64,000 bases of DNA, taken from contig JADKCG010000002.1 of assembly GCA_016714745.1 (NCBI GenBank), forward strand, positions 25,161 to 89,160. Reading direction: 5' to 3'. Of the stretch, positions 37,531 through 45,442 are shown piece after piece; the first letter of the stretch is position 1; each line of letters begins with the position of its first letter. The notes beneath the pieces were generated by a model, which worked only from the letters and a program-made list of their open reading frames with translations, had not been told where the DNA came from and did no database searches. The translations under genes and the position numbers were made by a program. Origin of the DNA: Elusimicrobiota bacterium (GTDB lineage: Bacteria; Elusimicrobiota; Elusimicrobia; FEN-1173).

Positions 37531-38445
37531 TTAGGTATATCCGATCGCGATAAGGGCATCGGAAACCCCTCGCACAGAGAGTTGTTTCTTATAATAATTC
37601 TCAACATCTGCGTATTCAGATGCTATGGTAAATGCAGGGTTCTCAATTTGGGGTTTGCCAACCCGAAGCCAGTGAAAGAGATTTTCCAATCCATACCGTT
37701 GCTCAAAATAGACACATCCCCTCTTGTATCCCGCTTTTTTTAAACATTCTTTAAGCGTGATTGCCGAAAAATAATGAAGATGGGCCCTAATCCAATAGAA
37801 ATCGTTGTAAGCCTTACACGTTCTCAGCAGTAATTCCTCCACATTTGGGACCTCGCATATTAAAACCCCCCCCTTTTTAAGAAGGGCTTTGCTTCGCAAA
37901 AGGAAATCAACTGGATTGCGTGTATGTTCCAATACATGGAACATGGTGATAACGTCAAACGGACCCCCTTTCGGGATCTCGGATAAAATGTCCGCGTCAA
38001 ACAATGGAGCGGAGATATTTCTTTTTCCAATCATTCGCCGCTCTTGGCTTATTTCAACCCCAACCACTTTGTGGTATCCACGGCGAAACATCCCATCGAT
38101 AAAAAAACCATAGCCCGCCCCAACGTCAAGAATTTTGCTCTGCTTTGAACGGCAAAACTTCGAAACAAAAGCTATGTGACGATCGGTATCGAATTGGTTG
38201 TTCTTTTTAAGTGCGCTAAAATAAATTTTCTTTCCGACAGACTTGTCCTGCTGATTCAAATCGTAATACGCCTTTTCCTTTTCAATGTTTGGCTGTGGGT
38301 ATAGTTGGACATGCCCGCATGTGAAACAACAATATACTTTGCTTTTTTGAGAACCATCCCTTAATCGGGAGGAGACAAGCCGATGCCTGTTATGTCCACA
38401 CAAAGAACATTTAAAATTATTCGTAATCATGAGGTGGATCCCCAA
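37531..38445 (-). CDS. class I SAM-dependent methyltransferase with an N-terminal zinc ribbon; first gene of the island
   Basis: CSLCGH...CFTCGHVQLYPQP, then ILDVGAGYGFF (motif I). Same architecture as 5864..6886. Confidence 0.8.
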   Translation of the reverse strand: MGIHLMITNNFKCSLCGHNRHRLVSSRLRDGSQKSKVYCCFTCGHVQLYPQPNIEKEKAYYDLNQQDKSVGKKIYFSALKKNNQFDTDRHIAFVSKFCRSKQSKILDVGAGYGFFIDGMFRRGYHKVVGVEISQERRMIGKRNISAPLFDADILSEIPKGGPFDVITMFHVLEHTRNPVDFLLRSKALLKKGGVLICEVPNVEELLLRTCKAYNDFYWIRAHLHYFSAITLKECLKKAGYKRGCVYFEQRYGLENLFHWLRVGKPQIENPAFTIASEYADVENYYKKQLSVRGVSDALIAIGYT

Positions 38446-38524
38446 AATAAGGCAACAATCGTCCGCCGCTCTTCGGCGAACTCATATGAGACACAGCGGA
38501 CGAAAAAGGTCTGAAGGGATTCCA

Positions 38525-38905
38525 TCATAGGACCTTTTTCGCGAGCGCAAGGATGTTTGATACGGCGTCGAGAGCGCGAGAGAAAGCTTTCGTTTTCTTG
38601 ACACTTTTTTCTGCTTTCTCCGCCAACCAGGCCAGTTCGGATTGGGCGGTTTTTGAGCGATTCAAAAGGGCGGTCGATTCTTTGTTCCAATCGGCGGTGA
38701 GTGTTCGGCGAATCCGGACCATTTCAATTTTAAGCGATTGACCTTTTTCGGTTAATTCTTTGGCCAGGGCCATGTCCTTGGTTTCTTTGGCCCGGCGGGC
38801 CAGGTAAAGAACAGAGATCCGCGATTCGGACAGGGACTCGAACAGCGCGGTGGCGGGGAGCCGCTGGGATGTCGTTTTTTCTCGAACGACACGATTTTTC
38901 CTCAT
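38525..38905 (-). CDS. hypothetical 126 aa protein, Lys/Glu/Ala-rich and probably coiled-coil
   Basis: ORF coupled by an ATGA overlap to the upstream lipoprotein gene. No recognisable motif. Confidence 0.5.
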   Translation of the reverse strand: MRKNRVVREKTTSQRLPATALFESLSESRISVLYLARRAKETKDMALAKELTEKGQSLKIEMVRIRRTLTADWNKESTALLNRSKTAQSELAWLAEKAEKSVKKTKAFSRALDAVSNILALAKKVL

Positions 38906-39843
38906 CGGGACTTCTCCAACTCATTTGTGAGGCGAGCCACTTGGGTAGCGAAGGCGGCGAGATCGGTGAGGGCATTTTGGGGTTTGGCGTTGCGGGCGAG
39001 ACCTTCCGCTAAATCGTGGTGGGCCTTTGGCAGATTATTATAGAACAGGGTCAGGGCGTTGAGGGTTTCCATGGCGTCGGCGTATTCGGCGTTTAGGTTA
39101 AAGATCGAGCGGGCGAGGGTGTTGCGGCCGGGGGTGCGTTTGTCGTCCCAGCGGGCGTGGATCGCGTCCATTCGGTTGGCGTAGGCGATCTTGAGGTCGG
39201 TTCGGATGAGGTCGAGCAGGGTCAGACAATGGGTCGCGTAAGATTCTACCCAAGGCTGGTTTTCCTGAACAGCGGATCGCAGATTTTTGGCGCGACGGGA
39301 TCGTTTGACATTGCGCAAGCTTTCAGAAGAAAACGCGGCGGCTCCCGCGGGAAAGAGGTTGGGCCTGCCCTTCACCTGAACAATCGTTGCCCCGGCGTCG
39401 CGAAGGCTTTGGGTGATGGCGGCGGCCAGGGCGTCGCGGTCTTCTGACTCCTTCGGATGTCCCTCTGCCACTTGAACGAGGAGCGTGGTATAGCCCCCGA
39501 AAGCGGCGTTCAGTTCTTCCAATGCACGGAGGGTGAGCCGGGCTTCCCAGTGGGGGACCGTGACCGGCGTTGACCAGGCATATCCTTTTACCTCTTTTAG
39601 CATGTGGTCGCTTAAGGGGGCGTTTTTGGTTTCGGCCAGGGCATCGACGTCCGCTTCTCGCGTCCAATCCACGTCCCGGGCCATTTCGGTTTCGATCCCC
39701 TTTTGGGCGGTGGCGACAGACGTTTCAAAAGATTTAAATGCGCCGGGGCGAAGAGAGGCGCAGGCGGTGAGACTAAGAAGGAACAATTGGGGAATAAATG
39801 CACTGGAGGAGAGAGCCCCATTCCGCGTCCGAGGGATTTTCAT
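38902..39843 (-). CDS. hypothetical lipoprotein, predicted mostly helical
   Basis: MKIPRTRNGALSSSAFIPQLFLLSLTAC: signal peptide with an L-T-A-C lipobox. The ATG at 39843 forms an ATGA overlap with the upstream stop. Confidence 0.6.
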   Translation of the reverse strand: MKIPRTRNGALSSSAFIPQLFLLSLTACASLRPGAFKSFETSVATAQKGIETEMARDVDWTREADVDALAETKNAPLSDHMLKEVKGYAWSTPVTVPHWEARLTLRALEELNAAFGGYTTLLVQVAEGHPKESEDRDALAAAITQSLRDAGATIVQVKGRPNLFPAGAAAFSSESLRNVKRSRRAKNLRSAVQENQPWVESYATHCLTLLDLIRTDLKIAYANRMDAIHARWDDKRTPGRNTLARSIFNLNAEYADAMETLNALTLFYNNLPKAHHDLAEGLARNAKPQNALTDLAAFATQVARLTNELEKSR

Positions 39844-41171
39844 GGAACGGCCCAATAGCCGCCTGTTCGACGGCTCCCTTTGTGAACGATCGCTCTCCGC
39901 ATTTTAAGTTGAGCCAACCAACGCTCGATATTCTTGGGTGATGTGGTAAGGGCTCTCGCCAATTGTGGGGTCCGAATACCGGGTTTCTGGACGATCAACG
40001 AGAGAAGGCCGTTTATTCCCTCATTTATTCCCTCATTTATTCCCTCACTGCCGCCGGGGTGGGGAGGGCGTTGCAATTTGATTCGGAAGAAGGGGCCTGT
40101 TTTGATTTTGGGCGCAGGAAGATCGACCGCGCGCATGTGGTCGCGCATGCGGCGCAGACCACTGCCCAACCGCTCCACTTTTTGCATTCGGGCAAAAATG
40201 TCGGCAATTTTTTCGTTTCGCCGGATGGAAACGCCCATCAGCGTTTCCGCTGTCATGCCATCGGGAACCCGCCCGGGATTGACGATTTCCACTCGATCAT
40301 CGTAAATTTCCACCATCAAGCTGGTCCCTCGGAAACCGTAGTCCCGATGAACAATCGCGTTGGCCACAGCCTCGCGCAACACCTCGACGGGAATTTCCAT
40401 GAGATCGAAACGGCGGGTGCCGTGGATTTCACTGCGCGTGTTCAGGTGTTTTTGAAGGAAAAAGAGAGCTTCATTAAATTGCGTGAGCAAATCGTCTTTG
40501 ACGTCTTTTCGATCAAAGACGTCGCGCCGTTCTTTGCCCTTAAACACAACAAAGGTGGCCTGGCATTGGGGAAACGCTCGTTGGGGGTCGCGACCAAAAA
40601 GGAGGATCCCCGCGTTGCGGATCCGATCTCCGTCCGCCAAGTTGAGGCTGGCTAAAACAGTGGACGGCGGCGCGCCCAGACGGCGGACACCCGCTTCTTG
40701 GAAAAAAGCGGCGACCTTTTTTGTGGAGATTTGTTTCCAGGTCACTGCCGCGTCAAACCGGTCTTCGAAAGAATCTTTCCCCGCCGCTTGGAAATGGAGA
40801 CCCAGTTCCTTTCGGTTCATTTTCTGAGTCACCGCGTCCATCCGTCGGAAATAGCCTGAAGCGCAACTGTATGGTTTTTCTTCTCCAGGCAAAACATCAA
40901 TGACCACCACATCGCCGATCTGAGTCAACTGGTGAATATCCAGCGGCGGCTCGCATTGGCGGGAGAGAGCCTGAATTTCAGCCTTGAGTCGGTTTGTCAG
41001 TTTTTCCCCCACCACACGGCCATCGTCTTTTACCCCCAACAGAATGCGGCCGCCCTTTGTGTTGGCGAAAGCGACGAGGTCGCGATCGATTTTAGGTGTG
41101 TATTTTTCCTTAAACTCAACGGAAAGGCCTTCGCCTTCCGCGAGAAGAAGTTTCAATTCTTCGGGAGTCAT
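39840..41171 (-). CDS. AlbA_2 (Schlafen-like) plus HATPase_c_4 plus C-terminal wHTH protein (the class often annotated RecG-like putative regulator)
   Basis: EGLSVEFKEKY...DLVAFANTKGGRILLGVKDDGRVVG (AlbA_2 N-terminus), LREAVANAIVHRDY (ATPase-like core) and a C-terminal HTH-like tail. The ATG at 41171 forms an ATGA overlap with the protease stop. Confidence 0.75.
   Translation of the reverse strand: MTPEELKLLLAEGEGLSVEFKEKYTPKIDRDLVAFANTKGGRILLGVKDDGRVVGEKLTNRLKAEIQALSRQCEPPLDIHQLTQIGDVVVIDVLPGEEKPYSCASGYFRRMDAVTQKMNRKELGLHFQAAGKDSFEDRFDAAVTWKQISTKKVAAFFQEAGVRRLGAPPSTVLASLNLADGDRIRNAGILLFGRDPQRAFPQCQATFVVFKGKERRDVFDRKDVKDDLLTQFNEALFFLQKHLNTRSEIHGTRRFDLMEIPVEVLREAVANAIVHRDYGFRGTSLMVEIYDDRVEIVNPGRVPDGMTAETLMGVSIRRNEKIADIFARMQKVERLGSGLRRMRDHMRAVDLPAPKIKTGPFFRIKLQRPPHPGGSEGINEGINEGINGLLSLIVQKPGIRTPQLARALTTSPKNIERWLAQLKMRRAIVHKGSRRTGGYWAVP
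40012..40047. repeat. perfect 12-bp tandem repeat x3 (tttattccctca) inside the AlbA_2 gene
   Basis: Read directly. Encodes (EGIN)x3 in the linker before the C-terminal HTH. Confidence 0.95.
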
Positions 41172-42298
41172 TTGGGAGGAATCCCCACAGAAATCCAAGA
41201 TTGCTTTACGGCTTTGGATTCGGGACTGCGGGAACCGTAAAGAATAGTCGCTTTTTCGACCGTCCCCTGTGCGATCGCGGCGAAATCACTTCGGGGCGAC
41301 AAAGAGAGGAGCGTTTGATACCAAATCTTTCCTGTTTTTTCCCACGATTTCCCGCCAATTTGCATGGCCGCCAGGTAGAAAGCGTGATTGGGAATGCCAG
41401 AGTTGATATGGACGCCGCCGTAATCATCTTCCCCCTCATACTTCTGTTTCATGTGGGCGGGTTGGGGGTCGGTGCCGATGTCGGGATCGTTCACATAGGC
41501 GGTGCCGGGAGCGGAAAAACTTCGGAGCGCTTTTCGCGTGAACGTTTTGATCAAGATATCGGCGCCGACCAGCCAATCGGCTTGTTTGACGGTTTGGTTT
41601 CTTCGCCACTGTTTAACGAGGATTCCCATAACGTCGGCGTAATGTTCGTTTAAGGCGCCGGATTCTCCCTGATACTCTAAATTTGCCGTATGGCTCACAA
41701 CGCCGTGGGTTAACTCGTGGGCGACCACGTCGAGGGATTTGGTAAAACGCACAAATGTGCGCCCGTCCCCGTCGCCGTACGCCATTTGCTCTCCGTCCCA
41801 AAAAGCGTTGGCATAGTGTTGGCCCACGTGCACACTGGAAATGAGGGACATGCCACGGTCATCGAGGGAGTTCCGGTTCAAGACCTCTTTGTAAAAATCG
41901 TAGGTGTCGCCGGAATAATCGTAGGCTTCGTTGACCGCGGGGTCCTTCGAGGGGCCATTCGGCCCCTTTTCACCTTCACTGCGGACCAGTTTTCCGGGGA
42001 GGGCGTGGGTGGGTTTGTGTTGGGCGTCGTAGATCAGGCGGTGTTTCTTGCCTGCCGGGGAAGGGATGGCGGCCATTTGGGGAAGTGTCGATAGGGTGGT
42101 TCGTGTGGCGCGGGCCGCGGCGGAGGCGGCCAGGTTCTCCAGGGCCCATCGACGAGTGATTTTGTCGGGAGACTCGGCCATCCGTTTGAGGATGAACGGG
42201 GGGAGGATGCCTTGACACACACGCTTAACAGCAAATCCCCCCTGGCCCCCCTTTTTCAAAGGGGGATAAAAATAATGAGGGTGAATTATGCGATCCAT
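41168..42298 (-). CDS. M4 (thermolysin-family) zinc metallopeptidase, protealysin-like, with no signal peptide
   Basis: VAHELTHGV (HExxH) ...GALNEHYADV (third zinc ligand Glu) ...GGVHINSGIPNHAF. The N-terminal CQGILPPFILKRM resembles the protealysin propeptide motif. The true start is uncertain and may lie downstream of 42298. Confidence 0.85.
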   Translation of the reverse strand: MDRIIHPHYFYPPLKKGGQGGFAVKRVCQGILPPFILKRMAESPDKITRRWALENLAASAAARATRTTLSTLPQMAAIPSPAGKKHRLIYDAQHKPTHALPGKLVRSEGEKGPNGPSKDPAVNEAYDYSGDTYDFYKEVLNRNSLDDRGMSLISSVHVGQHYANAFWDGEQMAYGDGDGRTFVRFTKSLDVVAHELTHGVVSHTANLEYQGESGALNEHYADVMGILVKQWRRNQTVKQADWLVGADILIKTFTRKALRSFSAPGTAYVNDPDIGTDPQPAHMKQKYEGEDDYGGVHINSGIPNHAFYLAAMQIGGKSWEKTGKIWYQTLLSLSPRSDFAAIAQGTVEKATILYGSRSPESKAVKQSWISVGIPPK

Positions 42299-42750
42299 TG
42301 GGCGATGAAGACCATGGCCTTGCGGGCTTTAATGATCAGGGACTGGAGCTCTTGGATTCGTTTTTGGGCAACGGAGATTCCGTTGCCGCTATTGAGGAGA
42401 TGAACCAACTGCTCTTCAGCACGGTCCAATCGTTTGGTCAACCCTTCTTTGACACGGCGGAGGGCGACCTGCTTAATATCCCGGTTGGCCTCGTAAAAAT
42501 CCTTTCGGCTCCCGACTAAGGAAACGGGCCGAACGGCCCCCCAGGATTCTAAAAGCCGGATGTTGATACTGGCGTTGCCCTTGCTCATGGACAGCCGTTG
42601 ACCAATGTCTTCAAGCGAAAGCGGGGATTCTTGAAGATAGAGCAGACCATAGATTTGCCCCACCGATCGGTTGAAACTAAAACTTTCCGCCAGTTCACCC
42701 GCGAAGCGGGCAAACTCTGAATCCGTCGAGGCAGGCGTTTGTGTGCGCAT
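42286..42750 (-). CDS. GbsR/MarR-type winged-helix transcriptional regulator
   Basis: GQIYGLLYLQESPLSLEDIGQRLSMSKGNASINIRLLESWGAV (wHTH). 154 aa. Confidence 0.75.
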   Translation of the reverse strand: MRTQTPASTDSEFARFAGELAESFSFNRSVGQIYGLLYLQESPLSLEDIGQRLSMSKGNASINIRLLESWGAVRPVSLVGSRKDFYEANRDIKQVALRRVKEGLTKRLDRAEEQLVHLLNSGNGISVAQKRIQELQSLIIKARKAMVFIAQWIA

Positions 42751-42782
42751 ATGTTTTTTAATGTTTAGCTCGTTCTAAACAA

Positions 42783-42811
42783 TATATACACTGTGTTCCC
42801 TCTTCTGTCAA
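42783..42811 (-). promoter_or_regulatory. sigma70-type promoter candidate for the gbsR-like / M4 protease operon
   Basis: The minus strand reads TTGACA, then 17 nt, then TATATA. The -10 element ends about 30 nt upstream of the ATG at 42750. Confidence 0.55.
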
Positions 42812-42924
42812 GGGGGCTGAGGGAGGCGTTGGTTATATCACGCATCACAACCCCTGGGCCAGGTGCCTTCGTGCAGGAGTATCACCTCCTCTCAGTGTTT
42901 CTGAAGAGACTCCACCGATGTTTT

Positions 42925-42964
42925 CGGCGGAAAGGTCGTCCGATCTTTGTCTCTCTTTCCGCCG
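42925..42964. repeat. perfect 10-bp inverted repeat (cggcggaaag / ctttccgccg) with a 20-nt loop
   Basis: Read directly in non-coding DNA. Confidence 0.9.
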
Positions 42965-43168
42965 CACACGTGCAGTGTTTTCCGTTCAAAGTCGAGGTTA
43001 GGCGGGACAATTCCATGTCCCCTGGATGAGTCCCATCGTTGTGTTATGCCAACTCGGCCGGGAACTGAGACTTCTCATGACGTTCCTGTTCGTCGTCTCC
43101 TCGGTTTGCCGTAGGCTTCCTCCAGACGGTCCCTCGCACGACAAAGGGGACCCCAGAAGCTCACGTAA

Positions 43169-43376
43169 CCCGGAACTTTCAGTTGGGCGCGAGGACCGGC
43201 CCCGCGCAGAGCGCGGGGCACTTGGGGCGGCAGAGCCGCTGATGCGAGACGGAAAAGCCAGGTTTTTTACGAAACAAAAAAGTTTGGGCGTAGCGGGGAC
43301 TACGTTCAAACTTTTTTGTGAAGTAAAAAGCCTGGATTTTACGTCGAATCCCGTGATCCAACTGAAAATTCCGGGG
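43169..43376. mobile_element. 208-bp MITE-like element: 18/19-bp terminal inverted repeats flanked by TAA direct repeats, with nested internal hairpins
   Basis: Left end TAA|CCCGGAACTTTCAGTTGG, right end CCAACTGAAAATTCCGGGG|TAA (one mismatch and one indel between arms). Inside are a near-perfect 78-nt palindrome at 43258-43335 and a GC hairpin (ccccgcgc aga gcgcgggg). No ORF. No second copy in this window. Confidence 0.45.
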
Positions 43377-43406
43377 TAAGGATGTAAATTTGGCTTCCGA
43401 CCGCGC

Positions 43407-43509
43407 TAGCCGGGATTCCCCGGTTGGCACAGGGCTCCCGTCGACAGGGTCCGGAACATATTTTTTAGCCCTCCCAGACGGAAATGATTGGTCCTCTGAC
43501 ATTTTCAGG
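43407..43509 (+). repeat. intergenic repeat family A, copy 1 (about 103 bp)
   Basis: tagccgggattccccggttggcacagggctcccgtcgacagggtccggaacatatt... aligns by eye at roughly 90 percent or better with 51282-51385. Confidence 0.9.
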
Positions 43510-43555
43510 CTACGGAAGTTTGTTGGATCATTTTGTAGGTTTTCGAGGGTTTTCG

Positions 43556-43891
43556 CTAGGAGACAACGTCCCCCTTGGCTTGGGCGGAGAGGAAGGCTAT
43601 TAGGGGGCGGGCTTTGGGGGGAACGGTTTGTTCGTCTAGCTGGATCAAGGTTTTTCCCTTGGAGCCTTTCAAACTTAATTGATACACGATTAAATCGCGG
43701 GCGTGGGAGGGAGGGGGTTTCTTTAATTCTCTCACGGCGATCAGGCCCGCCTTGGCTTTCGGCGTGAGGTGCGAAAGGGGCACTTCACAGACTTTTCGCG
43801 TCCCCGCGAATCCTCCCGACTGCATAAAGCAAAGAATTCCCCCTTCGTCCGGACGGGAGCGTTTTGATTTGATCCGAGGCCGTTGGGTCAT
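43556..43891 (-). CDS. small protein resembling the emfourin family of protealysin inhibitors (tentative)
   Basis: 111 aa. ILCFMQSGGFAGTRKVCEVPLSHLTP...ARDLIVYQLSLKGSKGKTLIQLDEQTVPPKARPLIAFL fits my recollection of the emfourin pattern (SGGFAG ... D..Y.L.l ... lP...rPL). Not verified by search. Confidence 0.45.
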   Translation of the reverse strand: MTQRPRIKSKRSRPDEGGILCFMQSGGFAGTRKVCEVPLSHLTPKAKAGLIAVRELKKPPPSHARDLIVYQLSLKGSKGKTLIQLDEQTVPPKARPLIAFLSAQAKGDVVS

Positions 43892-43929
43892 GCTCTTCTT
43901 CCTCTTAAAAATTCAGTCTGTCCGCACCA

Positions 43930-45355
43930 TCAATCAATGACGATCCGGTAATCTTCCCAGGGAAGCGTTGGGTCGATGGTGATCGTCAGCGATCGTTTAA
44001 GAATTTTTTCCAGCCGGTCTTGGCGTTCTCTGACGAAATCGCCCACGCCGGGCGGCAGGGTCACTTGGAGTCTCCCTTCCGACCGTCCTTGGGTGATTTC
44101 TAATATTTTTTTGCAATTTTAAATACATGGACTCGCGCGAGAGGACGTTGCCGCTTCCCGCGCATTCAGGGCAAGGCTCGGACAACAGGGAAAGCAACGA
44201 TTCCCGTCGGCGTTCCCGGGTCATTTCCACCAGGCCCAGCCGGGTAATGGGAAGAATTTTGATTTTCGCCCGGTCATTGCGCGTGGCGTGCTCCAGCACC
44301 TCCACCACCTTGATTTGGTTTCGTTTGCGCCTCATGTCGATGAAATCAATGACGATGATCCCCCCGATGTTTCGGATGCGCAATTGTTTGGCCACCTCTT
44401 CGGCGGCTTCCAGGTTCGTGGCGGTGACGGTTTCTTCTTGGGATTTGTGGCCGATGAATTTGCCGGTGTTCACGTCGATGGCACAGAGAGATTCTGCTTC
44501 CTGGATGATGATGTATCCGCCGGACGGAAGATCGATCCTTTGTTGACGAATATGTGCCAGTTCACGGTCAACCCCGAACGCTTGGAAGATCGGCGTTTTG
44601 CCCGTGTAATGCTGGACCCGTTCGGTGTATTCTGGAGCCAACATTTCAACGAACTTTTTTAAGTCTCTATATTCCTCTTTGTCATCAATCAGAAAAATGT
44701 TCGCGTTGTCATTCAACAGGTCTCGGGCAATCTGGAACGTCAATCCCAATTCCCGGTGGATCAGCGTGCCGGTTTGCGCGGTCTCATACTTTTTGAGAAT
44801 CCCTTCCCAGAGTTTGGCCAGATATTTCATTTCGCTTCGCAGTTCGGCCTCGTCCGCCCCCTCCGCCTCGGTGCGGACAATCATTCCGCCCGGCAAATTC
44901 TCCTCTTCGATGATGCGACGAAGCCGATCGCGTTCGGCTGGTTCCTCGATGTGTTTTGAGACGCCCACGTGTTCGCTTTTGGGCATATAGATGAGGTATC
45001 GGCCCGGCAGGGAAATGTCCATGGTGACTTTCATGCCTTTGGTGCTGATCGCCTCTTTCGCCACCTGCACCATCAGGTCTTCCCCCCGTTTCAACATCTT
45101 TTCAATGTGGCGGTCTTTGGATGAACTGACCACGTCGGTCACATACAGGTACGCGTTCTTTTCGAACCCCGTGTTCACGAACGCGCTGGAAATCCCGGGA
45201 AGCACATTTTCGAGTTTCCCTTTATAAATGTTACCCACCAGTTTCGCCATGCCGAGCGCGGGACGTTCGATCATGAATTCAGCCAGGTGGCCATCTTCCA
45301 ATACAGCGATGCGTGTTTCTTCCGGTAAAACGTTGGCAATAATCTCTCTTTTCAT
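43930..45355 (-). CDS. rng: ribonuclease G/E family (S1 domain plus catalytic core), frameshifted at a T7/A7 run in this assembly
   Basis: MKREIIANVLPEETRIAVLEDG...GNIYKGKLENVLPGISSAFVNTG...CPECAGSG. After the A7 run (plus-strand T-run 44106-44112) the ORF tail looks like noise. One extra A gives KKILEITQGRSEGRLQVTLPPGVGDFVRERQDRLEKILKRSLTITIDPTLPWEDYRIVID, with a stop at 43930. Confidence 0.85.
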
Positions 45356-45442
45356 TTAAGACTCCCTTTCTTTTTTTAAAATGATCATATAATCCACAAC
45401 CTCAAAATAGGCATTGATTGTCGTTTCTGTTTAAACACTCAA

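Noticed and set aside
38427-38975. Overlapping alternative ORFs in the small-protein region: 38427-38690 (87 aa), 38730-38975 (81 aa) and 39323-39667 (114 aa).
   Set aside because: They are out of frame with, and nested inside, the ATGA-coupled ORFs 38525-38905 and 38902-39843. Their Arg/Pro/Ser-rich composition is typical of off-frame readings of GC-rich genes.
42925-42964. Possible RNase P RNA, because of GGCGGAAAGGTCGTCC, which resembles the P4 GAGGAAAGUCCGGGC motif.
   Set aside because: The motif is simply one arm of a perfect 10-bp inverted repeat. None of the other universally conserved RNase P blocks (for example ACAGAACCCGGCUUA) are present on either strand.
42812-43555. Possible tmRNA (ssrA). 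The minus strand contains ACGGGATTCGACG, resembling the conserved 5' GGAUUCGAC motif. It also has an Ala-initiated frame, GCA AAC ... GCC GAG TTG GCA TAA, which would read ANRGDDEQERHEKSQFPAELA.
   Set aside because: I found no GGGG acceptor 5' end, no T-arm (GGTTCGAATCC-type) and no CCA-proximal complementary 3' strand. The motif lies about 240 nt from the putative resume codon, which is far too distant. The tag-like frame does not end in the usual (A/V)AA. Only a covariance-model scan could revive this idea.
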